A stretch of DNA of 39,736 nucleotides, taken from assembly GCA_035645475.1 (NCBI GenBank), contig DASQMN010000020.1, forward strand, positions 1 through 39,736. The letters are read 5' to 3'. The notes below the pieces were generated by a model that was not told the origin of the DNA, ran no database searches, and saw only the letters and a list, made by a program, of their open reading frames with translations. Within the stretch, counting starts at the first letter, position 1. Each line of letters opens with the position of its first letter. The stretch comes from Nocardioidaceae bacterium. Lineage in GTDB: Bacteria > Actinomycetota > Actinomycetes > Propionibacteriales > Nocardioidaceae. Shown piece after piece: positions 21,051 through 29,542 of this stretch. Made by a program: the position numbers and the translations under genes.

Positions 21051-22767
21051 CGTCACTGCCTCGGCTGTGCGCGTCGAGCGCCTCCGCGGCGACCCGGCGT
21101 AGGCGTTGGTCCAGCGCGCGCCGACGGCTGCGGTCGACCCTCACCTCGACCACCTCGATGCCATGCGGTGGAGCAGCCAGCGCTTGCCGCAGGCCGGACA
21201 GGTCGTCGACCCGGCGGTGGGGCACTGCGGTCGAGGCGCACGTCGCCGCGAGGTCGGCGCCAGTCGGCGTGCCGAAGACCCGCTCGAAAGCCGCCGCGTA
21301 CGTGTCGGCGCCCTGTTCCAGCAGCGTGAAGATGGCGCCCCCGTCGTCGTTGACGACGACGAGTGTGAGGTCCGGCCGCGGCTCGTCGGGTCCGATGAGC
21401 AGCCCGTTCCGGTCGTGCAGGAAGGTCAGGTCGCCCATCAGTGCCAGTGACCGCGTCGGCCGGCGGGCGAGCGACAGCCCGACAGCGGTGGACACGGCCC
21501 CGTCGATGCCGGCCAGGCCACGGTTGGCCATGACCATGCGTCGCTCCCCGACCGGGTGGGCGGTGGCGACGAGGTCGAGGTCGCGTGCCGGTTGGGAGGC
21601 GCCGACGAACAGCAGCCCGCCGGGAGGCACGCCCGCCGACACCTCACGTGCGACGTGCAGTCCGCCGAGCGGCTCAGCTTCCAGCAGGTCGTCGAGGGCG
21701 CTGGTGACGCGGCGGTCGGCTTCCTGCCACGCCGTCGCCCAGGCCGGGTCGTCAGTGCCGGCCACGGTCGCCGCGGGTACGACGCGGCTGGCCTGCAGAC
21801 CCGCATCCACCCGGTCGGGGCGCTGCGACACCACCACGTGCTCCACGTCGGTACGGGCGAGGAGCGAGCTCACCGGTCGCGACAGTGTCGGGTGGCCGAA
21901 GGTGACCACGCGTTGCACCTGCGGGGACAGGTGCTCCAGGAGCAGCCGGTAGGCCGCCACCGGCGCCGCGCCGGTGCGCGCGCCCGACGACGCCTCCGCC
22001 AGCAGCGGCCAGCCGGCCCTCTCGGCGAGCTGACGGGCGGGTGGCCCGGAGTCGTCCCCGGCGACGACGACGGTTCGCGGCCCCAGAGCCAGCTCGACCG
22101 GGGCGAAGGACGCGGAACGTTCGACCTGGGTCCACGCGAGCCCCCCGGGACGTCCGTGCAGGCCCACCGGCAGACCGCTCGCGTCGGGACCGGGCAGCAG
22201 CGGGTCGCGGAACGCGACGTCGAGGTGCACCGGACCCGGGCCACGCGTCGCCGCAGCCAGCAGGCGCCCGACTGTCGAGCGCCACCCCGCCGAGCCGGCG
22301 GGGACGACGTCCGGCGCGGGAACCTCGGCGAACGCCACCACCGACGAGCCGAACACCTTGACCTGGTCGGTCGTCTGGTTGGCGCCCGTGCCGCGGAGCT
22401 CGGCCGGCCGGTCAGCTGAGAGCACGACGATCGGGACCCCAGCGTGCCGTGCCTCCAGCACGGCCGGGTGCAGGTTCACCAAGGCGGTCCCCGACGTGGT
22501 CACGACAGGCACCGGTCGATGGGCACCCTTGGCGAGGCCGAGCGCCAGGAAGCCGGCGCTGCGCTCGTCCACGCGAACGTGCAGGCGCAGCCGTCCCGCC
22601 GCGTCGGCCGCGTGCAGGGCCATCGCCAACGGCGCCGACCGCGAGCCAGGTGACAGCACCGCCTCGCGGACTCCGGAGCGCACCAGCTCGTCGACCAGCA
22701 CCCTCGCCAGCGCCGTCGACGGGTTGAGCGGGCGCTCGGGAAGGCCTCGCTCAGGGTTGTCGGACAC
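21040..22767 (-). CDS. menD: SEPHCHC synthase (2-succinyl-5-enolpyruvyl-6-hydroxy-3-cyclohexene-1-carboxylate synthase)
   Basis: 575 aa. N-terminus …LNPSTALARVLVDELVRSGVREAVLSPGSRSAPLA. ThDP motif GDLTFLHDRNGL…NDDGGAIF. GTG start 22767. Confidence 0.93.
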   Translation of the reverse strand: MSDNPERGLPERPLNPSTALARVLVDELVRSGVREAVLSPGSRSAPLAMALHAADAAGRLRLHVRVDERSAGFLALGLAKGAHRPVPVVTTSGTALVNLHPAVLEARHAGVPIVVLSADRPAELRGTGANQTTDQVKVFGSSVVAFAEVPAPDVVPAGSAGWRSTVGRLLAAATRGPGPVHLDVAFRDPLLPGPDASGLPVGLHGRPGGLAWTQVERSASFAPVELALGPRTVVVAGDDSGPPARQLAERAGWPLLAEASSGARTGAAPVAAYRLLLEHLSPQVQRVVTFGHPTLSRPVSSLLARTDVEHVVVSQRPDRVDAGLQASRVVPAATVAGTDDPAWATAWQEADRRVTSALDDLLEAEPLGGLHVAREVSAGVPPGGLLFVGASQPARDLDLVATAHPVGERRMVMANRGLAGIDGAVSTAVGLSLARRPTRSLALMGDLTFLHDRNGLLIGPDEPRPDLTLVVVNDDGGAIFTLLEQGADTYAAAFERVFGTPTGADLAATCASTAVPHRRVDDLSGLRQALAAPPHGIEVVEVRVDRSRRRALDQRLRRVAAEALDAHSRGSDVSG

Positions 22768-22878
22768 GGCTCGACCCTAGGGCTCGATCAGCGATGAGTT
22801 GCTGGTGCGCCGGGGGTCTACTCCGCAAGAGCCGTCGCGAGCAGACTGGCCTGCCCGCCGTACGAGAGGATCATCGAC

Positions 22879-23352
22879 ATGGAGCACAAGATCATCCCCA
22901 GCCTCTGGTTCGACACCGAGGCGGAGGAAGCCGCGAGCTTCTACTGCTCGGTCTTCAAGAACTCCCGCATCCTCGACACCACCCGCTACCCGGAGGGCAG
23001 TCCGGGGCCGGCCGGCGAGGTCATGACCGTCGACTTCGAGCTCGACGGTGAGCGCTTCGTCGGCATCAACGGCGGACCGCAGTTCCCGTTCACCGAAGCC
23101 GTCTCGTTCCAGATCACCTGCGAGGACCAGGCCGAGGTCGACTACTTCTGGGAGCGGCTGACCGACGGCGGACAGGAGGTCCAGTGCGGCTGGCTCAAGG
23201 ACCGTTACGGACTGTCCTGGCAGGTCGTCCCCCGAGGCATGGACGAGGTCTTCGCCGACGCCGATCCCGCCCGCGCCCAGCGGGCCATGCAGGCGATGAT
23301 GGGCATGGTGAAGCTCGACCTCGCCGCGCTGCGCGCGGCTGCCGACGGCTGA
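22879..23352 (+). CDS. VOC-superfamily protein, PhnB-like (the domain misleadingly named 3-demethylubiquinone-9 3-methyltransferase)
   Basis: 157 aa. Typical of this family: MEHKIIPSLWFD..AEEAASFYCSVFKNSRI… and …CGWLKDRYGLSWQVVP. A GAGAGGA RBS lies 8 nt upstream of ATG 22879. Confidence 0.75.
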   Translation: MEHKIIPSLWFDTEAEEAASFYCSVFKNSRILDTTRYPEGSPGPAGEVMTVDFELDGERFVGINGGPQFPFTEAVSFQITCEDQAEVDYFWERLTDGGQEVQCGWLKDRYGLSWQVVPRGMDEVFADADPARAQRAMQAMMGMVKLDLAALRAAADG

Positions 23353-23358
23353 TCAGGC

Positions 23359-23886
23359 ATGGGCGCGTGGACCGTACGCGACGCGCGGCAGCATGACGCC
23401 GAGGCCTGCGCCGCGATCTACGCGCCCTACGTCACCGACTCGACGATCTCGTTCGAGAGCGAGCCTCCGTCCGCGGCCGAGATGGGACAGCGCATCGCGA
23501 CCGCGCAGCAGTCGCACGCTTGGCTCGTGCTCGAAGACGACGAGCACGTCGTCGGTTTCGCCTACGGCGGGCCGTTCCGTACCCGGGCGGCGTACCGGTG
23601 GTCGTGTGAGGTCAGCGTCTACCTCGAGCACGGTCGACGGCGCAGCGGAGCCGGTCGCGCCCTGTACGACGCACTGCTGGCGCGGCTGACCGAGCGTGGC
23701 TTCGCGACGGCCTTCGCGGGCATGACGCTGCCGAACGACGCCAGCGAAGGCCTGCACCGTGTCATGGGTTTCGAGCCGGTCGGAACGTTCCGCCGGGTCG
23801 GCTGGAAGCACGACAGGTGGCACGACGTCGCCTGGGTGCAGCGCTCGCTGTCGACGGGCGTAGACCCACCGGGTGAGCTGCGCTGA
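23359..23886 (+). CDS. GNAT N-acetyltransferase, phosphinothricin/methionine-sulfoximine acetyltransferase (PAT/YncA-like) family
   Basis: 175 aa. Pattern IYAPYVTDSTISFESEPPSAAEM…WLVLEDDEHVVGFAYGGPFRTRAAYRWSCEVSVYL…GAGRALY…HRVMGFEPVG…VGWKHDRWHDV. Starts 6 nt after the VOC stop. Confidence 0.75.
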   Translation: MGAWTVRDARQHDAEACAAIYAPYVTDSTISFESEPPSAAEMGQRIATAQQSHAWLVLEDDEHVVGFAYGGPFRTRAAYRWSCEVSVYLEHGRRRSGAGRALYDALLARLTERGFATAFAGMTLPNDASEGLHRVMGFEPVGTFRRVGWKHDRWHDVAWVQRSLSTGVDPPGELR

Positions 23887-23900
23887 GCTGACGCGATGCT

Positions 23901-25640
23901 GTGCCGGTGACCACTCCGCAAGTGCCCAGCGACCAGGCCTGGTGGAAGAGCGCGGTGGTCTACCAGATCTATCCGCGCTCCTTCGCCGACAGCAACGGCG
24001 ACGGCGTCGGCGACGTGCGCGGGATCCTCGAACGTGTCGACTACCTGGCCGACCTCGGCGTGGACGTCGTGTGGGTGTCGCCGTTCTACCGCTCGCCGAT
24101 GGACGACAACGGCTACGACGTCAGCGACTACCAGGACGTCGACCCGCTGTTCGGGACGCTGGCGGACGTCGACGAGCTGATCGCCGCCCTGCACGAACGC
24201 GGCATGAAGCTGGTCATCGACGTTGTGGTCAACCACACCTCCGACGAGCACCCGTGGTTCGTGGAGTCGCGCTCGAGCACGGACAACCCCAAGCGCGACT
24301 GGTACTGGTGGCGCCCCCCGCGAGCGGGCATGGTCGCGGGTGCCCCTGGCGCGGAGCCGACCAACTGGCACTCATACTTCTCCGGGCCGGTCTGGGAGCT
24401 CGACGAAGCGAGCGGCGAGTACTACCTGCACCTCTTCTCGCGCAAGCAGCCGGACCTCAACTGGGAGAACCCCGAGGTTCGGCAGGCCGTCTACGCGATG
24501 CTGCGCTGGTGGCTGGAACGCGGCGTCGACGGCTTCCGCATGGACGTCATCAACATGATCTCCAAGGTGCTGCCGCTGCAGGACGGCCCGCTGCTGCCGT
24601 ACGGACGGTACGGCGACGGGACGGGACAGTTCCTGCACGGGCCGCGGCTGCACGAGTTCCTGCAGGAGCTGCACGCCCAGGTCATCGCCCCCTCAGACAA
24701 GGTGCTGCTCACCGTGGCTGAGACGCCCGGCGTCACCGTGCAGCAGGCCCTTGACTTCACCGACCCTGAGCGTGCCGAGGTCGACATGGTCTTCCAGTTC
24801 GAGCACGTGGGGCTGGACCAGGGCGCCGGCGGCAAGTGGGACCTGCGGCCACTCAGGCTGGTCGAGCTCAAGGAGTCGCTGGGACGGTGGCAGGCGGCCC
24901 TCGGCGAGCGCGGGTGGAACAGCCTGTACTGGGACAACCACGACCAGCCGCGAGCGGTGTCGCGCTTCGGCAGCGACGACCCGGCGTACCGCGCGCTGTC
25001 CGCCAAGCTGCTGGGCACGGTGCTGCACCTGCAGCGCGGCACCCCGTACGTCTACCAGGGCCAGGAGCTCGGCATGACCAACGTGCCGTTCGCCTCGATC
25101 GAGGACTTCCGGGACATCGAGTCGCTCAACCACTACCGCCAGGCGGTCGCTGCTGGTGAGGACCCCGATCGGGTGCTCGCAGCGTTGCGGGCGATAAGCC
25201 GCGACAACGCGCGCACGCCGATGCAGTGGGACGACGACCCGCACGCCGGCTTCACGTCTGGTACCCCGTGGCTGCCCGTGAACCCGAACTACGTCGACAT
25301 CAACGCCGCGGCGCAGGTCACCGACGGGCAGTCGGTGTACGCCCACTACCGCCGACTCATCGCCCTGCGTCACGAGCACCCCGTGGTGGCCCACGGCGAC
25401 TTCACCCTGCTGGCGCCGGACGACCCGGTGGTCTACGCCTTCCTGCGCCGGCTGGGCCAGGTCGAGTGGCTGGTGGCGGCCAACTTCAGCGCAGACACGG
25501 CCGGCCTCGACCTGCCGGAGCCGGACCGGTGGACCGGCGCGGAGCTGACGCTCGGCAACTACCCGCACCCCCAGCCCAACGGCGACCGCCTCGACCTGCG
25601 GCCGTGGGAGGCCGTGGTGCTGAGCCGGACCGATCGCTGA
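23901..25640 (+). CDS. GH13 alpha-glucosidase (oligo-1,6-glucosidase / trehalose-6-phosphate hydrolase-like)
   Basis: 579 aa. Conserved GH13 regions: WWKSAVVYQIYPRSF, DVVVNHTS, GFRMDVINMI (nucleophile), VAETPG (acid/base), YWDNHDQPR. GTG start 23901. No signal peptide seen. Confidence 0.9.
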   Translation: MPVTTPQVPSDQAWWKSAVVYQIYPRSFADSNGDGVGDVRGILERVDYLADLGVDVVWVSPFYRSPMDDNGYDVSDYQDVDPLFGTLADVDELIAALHERGMKLVIDVVVNHTSDEHPWFVESRSSTDNPKRDWYWWRPPRAGMVAGAPGAEPTNWHSYFSGPVWELDEASGEYYLHLFSRKQPDLNWENPEVRQAVYAMLRWWLERGVDGFRMDVINMISKVLPLQDGPLLPYGRYGDGTGQFLHGPRLHEFLQELHAQVIAPSDKVLLTVAETPGVTVQQALDFTDPERAEVDMVFQFEHVGLDQGAGGKWDLRPLRLVELKESLGRWQAALGERGWNSLYWDNHDQPRAVSRFGSDDPAYRALSAKLLGTVLHLQRGTPYVYQGQELGMTNVPFASIEDFRDIESLNHYRQAVAAGEDPDRVLAALRAISRDNARTPMQWDDDPHAGFTSGTPWLPVNPNYVDINAAAQVTDGQSVYAHYRRLIALRHEHPVVAHGDFTLLAPDDPVVYAFLRRLGQVEWLVAANFSADTAGLDLPEPDRWTGAELTLGNYPHPQPNGDRLDLRPWEAVVLSRTDR

Positions 25641-25665
25641 GGCGTCACCGCGACGGACCGAGGTG

Positions 25666-26046
25666 TCAGAAGCCGTGGTGGACGGCCTCCACATTGTGAC
25701 CGTCGAGATCGCGCAGGAAGACGCCGTAGTAGCCCGGGTGGTACTCCGGCCACTCGCGGGGAGCATGCAGGACCTCTGCGCCGACGGTGACCGCAGCGTC
25801 GTGCACGGCGTCGACCGCTTCCCGGTCAGGCGCTCGCAAGGCGATGTGCAGCTCCCGCGTCTCCGCACCCGCGGACGGGCTCAGCCAGAAGTCAGGCATC
25901 CCGTCAGGCCCGGCCAGGCCGACAACGAAGACATCGCCGACGGGATGTCGCACGAACTCTCGCAGGCCGATCGAGTCGAAGACCCGCAGGTAGAAGGACA
26001 GGGAGGCGTCGACGTCGGCGACTTGGATCCCCACGTGATCGATCAT
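25666..26046 (-). CDS. glyoxalase/bleomycin-resistance/dioxygenase (VOC) family protein
   Basis: Internal ATG 26046 (MIDHVGIQVADVDASLSFY…) gives 126 aa, typical of single-domain VOC proteins. The upstream 21 codons of the track ORF are Arg-rich. Confidence 0.75.
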   Translation of the reverse strand: MIDHVGIQVADVDASLSFYLRVFDSIGLREFVRHPVGDVFVVGLAGPDGMPDFWLSPSAGAETRELHIALRAPDREAVDAVHDAAVTVGAEVLHAPREWPEYHPGYYGVFLRDLDGHNVEAVHHGF

Positions 26047-26156
26047 GCATGGACCGTAGCGGCGTCCCCCGACAGCTCTGACACGGTGCCGGCATGACCG
26101 CTGCCGCACCGCGCACCGGTGCCTGAGGCAGATCGGCTAAGCGCCCGGCGTACGGC

Positions 26157-27101
26157 TCAGCCGACGCGCTGCACCGCGGCGAGGCGTTCGTCCCAGCGGC
26201 GTTGAGCGTCCGCCGAGGACGCCTCGTCGAGCAGGGCCGCCGACGGCTCCGGTCGGCGGACGGCCAGCTCTCCCTGGACGGGTACGAAGCCGTCTTGGAC
26301 CAGGTCGCACCGCAGCAATGACGTCGTCGCGAGCCCGCAGGCGTACGAAAGATCCGGCAGCGCAGCAGCCAACGCCACGCCGGCGGCAAGCCCGACCGAG
26401 GTCTCCAGCGCGCTGCTCACCACGACGGGCAGCTCGATCCGCTCCGCGATCTGCAGGGCCGCGCGGACCCCGCCGACCGGCTGCACCTTGAGCACGGCGA
26501 TGTCGGCCGCCGCCAGATCACGCACGCGGTACGGGTCCGCCGCACGCCGGATCGACTCGTCAGCGGCCACCGGCACGTCGACACGCCGGCGCACCCGCGC
26601 CAGGTCCTCCACTGCCGCGCACGGCTGCTCGACGTACTCCAGCCCGCCCGCAGCGCGGTCGAGCGCTCGGGTGGCATCCACCGCGGTGTCGACGTCCCAG
26701 CCGCCGTTCGCATCCACCCGCACGCGCCCGGAGGAGCCGAGCGCCGCGCGGACAGCCGCGACCCGGTCGAGGTCCTCGGCCAGCGACTGGCCCGGTTCGG
26801 CGACCTTGACCTTGGCGGTCCTGCATCCGCTCGAGCTGACCAGGCGGCCCGCCTCCTGCGGGCCGACCGCCGGCACCGTGCAGTTGACCGGCACGCTGGA
26901 CCGCACCGGGGCAGGCCACGGTTCGTACGCGGCCTCCATCGCTGCTGCCAGCCAGCTCGCCGACTCGTCGGCGCCGTAGTCCCAGAACGGGCTCCACTCG
27001 GTCCACCCGGCCGGTCCCCGGGCCACCATGCCCTCGCGCACCGTGAGGCCGCGGAAGCGGGTGACCGTGCTGATCGCGTACGCCTGCCACGACAGGGTCA
27101 C
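26157..27101 (-). CDS. menC: o-succinylbenzoate synthase (enolase superfamily)
   Basis: GTG 27101 overlaps the menE TGA (GTGA). Metal/catalytic pattern: KVKV…VRVDANGGW…EYVEQP…ADES. Roughly 314 aa. The track ORF extends spuriously to 27284. Confidence 0.88.
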   Translation of the reverse strand: MTLSWQAYAISTVTRFRGLTVREGMVARGPAGWTEWSPFWDYGADESASWLAAAMEAAYEPWPAPVRSSVPVNCTVPAVGPQEAGRLVSSSGCRTAKVKVAEPGQSLAEDLDRVAAVRAALGSSGRVRVDANGGWDVDTAVDATRALDRAAGGLEYVEQPCAAVEDLARVRRRVDVPVAADESIRRAADPYRVRDLAAADIAVLKVQPVGGVRAALQIAERIELPVVVSSALETSVGLAAGVALAAALPDLSYACGLATTSLLRCDLVQDGFVPVQGELAVRRPEPSAALLDEASSADAQRRWDERLAAVQRVG

Positions 27102-28117
27102 GATCCGGCCGCCAGCGCCTGAACTCCGGCCCGGTCGACCTTGCCCGTGTCGAGCAACGGCAACGCGTCGACCAGCACCAGGCGCTGCGGTGCCCACGCG
27201 CGAGGCAGCGCCGCCGCGACGGTCTCGCGTACGGCGAGCAGGTCGGTCGATCCGGCCACGACAGCCACCACGCGACTCCCCCACTCCCCGTCCGGCACAC
27301 CGACGGCGACGGCATCGCGGACGCCGGGCACGCTGAGCAGAGCACTGGTCACGGCGCCGAGCGCGACGTTGACGCCGCCGCTGACAGCAACGTCGTCGGC
27401 GCGCCCGAGCACCTGCAGACGCCCCTCGTCCAGCCGGCCGAGGTCACCCGTCGAGAACCAGCCGTCGACGAGCACCTGCGCCGTCAGCTCGGGCCGTCCG
27501 GCGTACCCGTCGAACAGCACCGGGCCGGCCAGCTGAACCCGCCCGTCGTCGAGCCGTACCTCCACCCCGTCCAGTGGCACGCCGTCGTACACGCAGCCGC
27601 CGCAGGTCTCGCTGGCGCCGTACGTCTGCACGACCTCGACTCCGGCCGCGACGGCCTGCTGGGCCAGCTCGGGTCGAAGGGCCGCTCCGCCCACCAGCAC
27701 CGCGTCGAAGCCGCTCAGCGCCGACAGCTCGCCCGCGGCGGCCAGCCGGTGCAGCTGGGTCGGCACCAGCGCGGTGTAGGTCCGCTCGCCCCTCATAGTG
27801 GCCGCGGCCCGTTCCAGGGGTCCATCGGTCAGCACCGGTGGGTGGCCGGCCAGAGCCGACCGCACCAGCACGTTGAGCCCGGCCACGTACGTCGCCGGAA
27901 GCGCCAGCAGCCAGCGGCCCGCACCACCGAGCCGGGCATCGGCAGCGCGCGCCGATGCCCGCAGAGCGGCAGGGGAGAGCACGACGTCCTTCGGCTCACC
28001 GCTGCTGCCGGAGGTGCGTACTACCACCGGGCCGTCGGGTTCGGCGAGCCAGCGGCGCAGGAGCTCGAACAGCTCCAGTGGCTCCCCGGCGAGCGGGCGA
28101 AGGCTCGGCGACGTCAC
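27098..28117 (-). CDS. menE: o-succinylbenzoate-CoA ligase, short actinobacterial form
   Basis: 339 aa with GTG start 28117. AMP-binding motifs TSGSSGEPKDV and GDLGRLDEGRLQVLGRADD. Adjacent to menC and menA. Confidence 0.85.
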   Translation of the reverse strand: MTSPSLRPLAGEPLELFELLRRWLAEPDGPVVVRTSGSSGEPKDVVLSPAALRASARAADARLGGAGRWLLALPATYVAGLNVLVRSALAGHPPVLTDGPLERAAATMRGERTYTALVPTQLHRLAAAGELSALSGFDAVLVGGAALRPELAQQAVAAGVEVVQTYGASETCGGCVYDGVPLDGVEVRLDDGRVQLAGPVLFDGYAGRPELTAQVLVDGWFSTGDLGRLDEGRLQVLGRADDVAVSGGVNVALGAVTSALLSVPGVRDAVAVGVPDGEWGSRVVAVVAGSTDLLAVRETVAAALPRAWAPQRLVLVDALPLLDTGKVDRAGVQALAAGS

Positions 28118-28161
28118 GGGCGCCAGGCTAGGGCCAGCCGTGCTGAGACACTGGACGCCTC

Positions 28162-29031
28162 ATGGCCTCTCTCGCGCAGTGGGTGGAGGGTGCGCGCCCT
28201 CGTACGCTGCCGGCCGCCGTCGCGCCCGTCCTCGCCGGCACCGGGGCTGCCGCGGCCGTCGACGGGGCCGTGTGGTGGAAGGCACTGCTCGCCCTGGTGG
28301 TGTCGCTGGCCCTGCAGGTCGGCGTCAACTACGCCAACGACTACTCCGACGGCATCCGCGGCACCGACGCCGACCGGGTGGGCCCGCTCCGGCTCGTCGG
28401 GTCCGGGTTCGCCTCGCCCGCAGCTGTGCGTACGGCCGCCTACGCGGCCCTGGGTGTCGGAGCGCTGGCCGGGCTCGTGCTCGCGGCGACCTCGGCGCTC
28501 TGGCTGGTCGGCGTCGGCGCACTCGCCCTGCTGGCCGCCTGGGGCTACACCGGCGGCGAGCGGCCGTACGGGTACCGCGGGCTCGGCGAGGTCGCGGTGT
28601 TCCTGTTCTTCGGCCTGGTGGCCGTGCTGGGCACGACGTACACCCAGGCGGGCAGGGTCACGTGGCCGTCGGTGCTTGCCGCGGTCGGAGTGGGCGCGCT
28701 GGCCTGCGCCATCCTGGTGGCCAACAACCTGCGCGACGTACCGACCGACGCCGTCAGCGGCAAGCGCACGCTGGCGGTGTTGCTGGGCGACTCGCGCACC
28801 CGCTGGTTCTACGCGGGGCTGCTGGGCGTGTCCGGGGCATGCCTGCTGGCACTGGTCGCCGCTACGCCGTGGGTGCTGCTCGGAGCCCCGGCGGTGCTGC
28901 CGGCCGGCCGCGCGCTGCGGGTGGTGCTGTCCCGCGCGAGCGGCCTGGCGCTGGTACCCGTCCTGCGTGACACCGGCCTCGCCGAGCTGGTCTACGCCGC
29001 CGGGATGGCGCTCGGTCTGGCCCTGCGCTGA
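28162..29031 (+). CDS. menA: 1,4-dihydroxy-2-naphthoate polyprenyltransferase (UbiA family)
   Basis: 289-aa polytopic protein with the [14 protein letters not shown] Asp-rich motif. Divergent from menE with a 44-nt spacer. Confidence 0.92.
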   Translation: MASLAQWVEGARPRTLPAAVAPVLAGTGAAAAVDGAVWWKALLALVVSLALQVGVNYANDYSDGIRGTDADRVGPLRLVGSGFASPAAVRTAAYAALGVGALAGLVLAATSALWLVGVGALALLAAWGYTGGERPYGYRGLGEVAVFLFFGLVAVLGTTYTQAGRVTWPSVLAAVGVGALACAILVANNLRDVPTDAVSGKRTLAVLLGDSRTRWFYAGLLGVSGACLLALVAATPWVLLGAPAVLPAGRALRVVLSRASGLALVPVLRDTGLAELVYAAGMALGLALR

Positions 29032-29063
29032 CCGCTTGGGTGTGCGCGGCTCGTCCCTCTGGC

Positions 29064-29111
29064 GATCTATCGACATACCGGTCGCTCTGGCGACGCCAGT
29101 GTCGATGGATC
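29064..29111. repeat. Palindromic element copy A: GATCTATCGACA-N24-TGTCGATGGATC with inner GTCGC-tctg-GCGAC hairpin
   Basis: Read directly. 12-bp arms with a single T/G (wobble) position; the inner 5-bp stem lies at 29081-29094. Confidence 0.85.
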
Positions 29112-29138
29112 CGTCGCGGGCCGGTCGCGCCACACGGC

Positions 29139-29186
29139 GATCTATCGACACGCCCGTTGCGGTAGCGACGCTGATGTCGATAGATC
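29139..29186. repeat. Palindromic element copy B: GATCTATCGACA-N24-TGTCGATAGATC with inner GTTGC-ggta-GCGAC hairpin
   Basis: Read directly. Perfect 12-bp arms. Lies 75 nt from copy A. About 43 of 54 aligned positions are identical to copy A, flanks included. Confidence 0.85.
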
Positions 29187-29224
29187 CGTGCCGCCGGCTG
29201 GTCAGGTGAGCGGGCAGGCCCGGC

Positions 29225-29506
29225 TCAGTCCACGTCTTCCTTGGTACGGCCCTCAGCCAGCGCCGCGGTCACCCGCTCGGCGCGGGCCTGCACGTGTCGG
29301 GCGACCGCATCGCGGAGCCGGGCCAGCAGTACCAGCGACAGCAGCGAGGAGATGACCAGCGCGATGAGCGCGGTGAGCAGAGCTGTCGACTCGGTCCAGC
29401 GATAGCCCGCGAGCGGCGCTGCCACCGCCCACACCAGCGCCCAGCACACCAGGAACAGACCCAGTCGGGCCAGGGTGTAGACGACGACGCTGCGCACGAC
29501 AAGCAA
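29225..29506 (-). CDS. DUF4229-like small two-TM membrane protein
   Basis: 93 aa with TTG start (alternative GTG 29497). The pattern YTLARLGLFLVC… second TM …LLSLVLLARLRDAV… plus a charged C-terminus matches my memory of actinobacterial DUF4229 proteins. Confidence 0.6.
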   Translation of the reverse strand: MLVVRSVVVYTLARLGLFLVCWALVWAVAAPLAGYRWTESTALLTALIALVISSLLSLVLLARLRDAVARHVQARAERVTAALAEGRTKEDVD

Positions 29507-29542
29507 GCGTAGTCCTGGCCGGCCGGACCGGCGCTGATGCAG

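Noticed and set aside
22771-22790. CCCTAGGG palindrome flanked by GCTCGA direct repeats just upstream of menD.
   Set aside because: It is 8 bp, self-complementary by chance level, and the flanks are direct rather than inverted. There is no supporting context.
22768-26156. Mobile element or genomic island interpretation of the menD-menC insert.
   Set aside because: I could see no integrase, transposase, tRNA attachment site, terminal inverted repeats or flanking direct repeats, and composition looks like the surroundings by eye.
29061-29188. Possible CRISPR array or iterons, given the two repeated units with 75-nt period.
   Set aside because: There are only two copies. The units are themselves long palindromes with divergent centres. 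There is no cas gene or leader, and no replication gene nearby. They are kept as a repeat or hairpin finding instead.
27749-29209. 486-aa (+) and 345-aa (-, 28114..29151) ORFs crossing menA and the palindromic elements, showing repeated peptides such as RSIDxPVAxAT and MSID.
   Set aside because: The peptide repeats simply mirror the DNA palindromes. Both ORFs overlap menA or menE out of frame and have junk composition.
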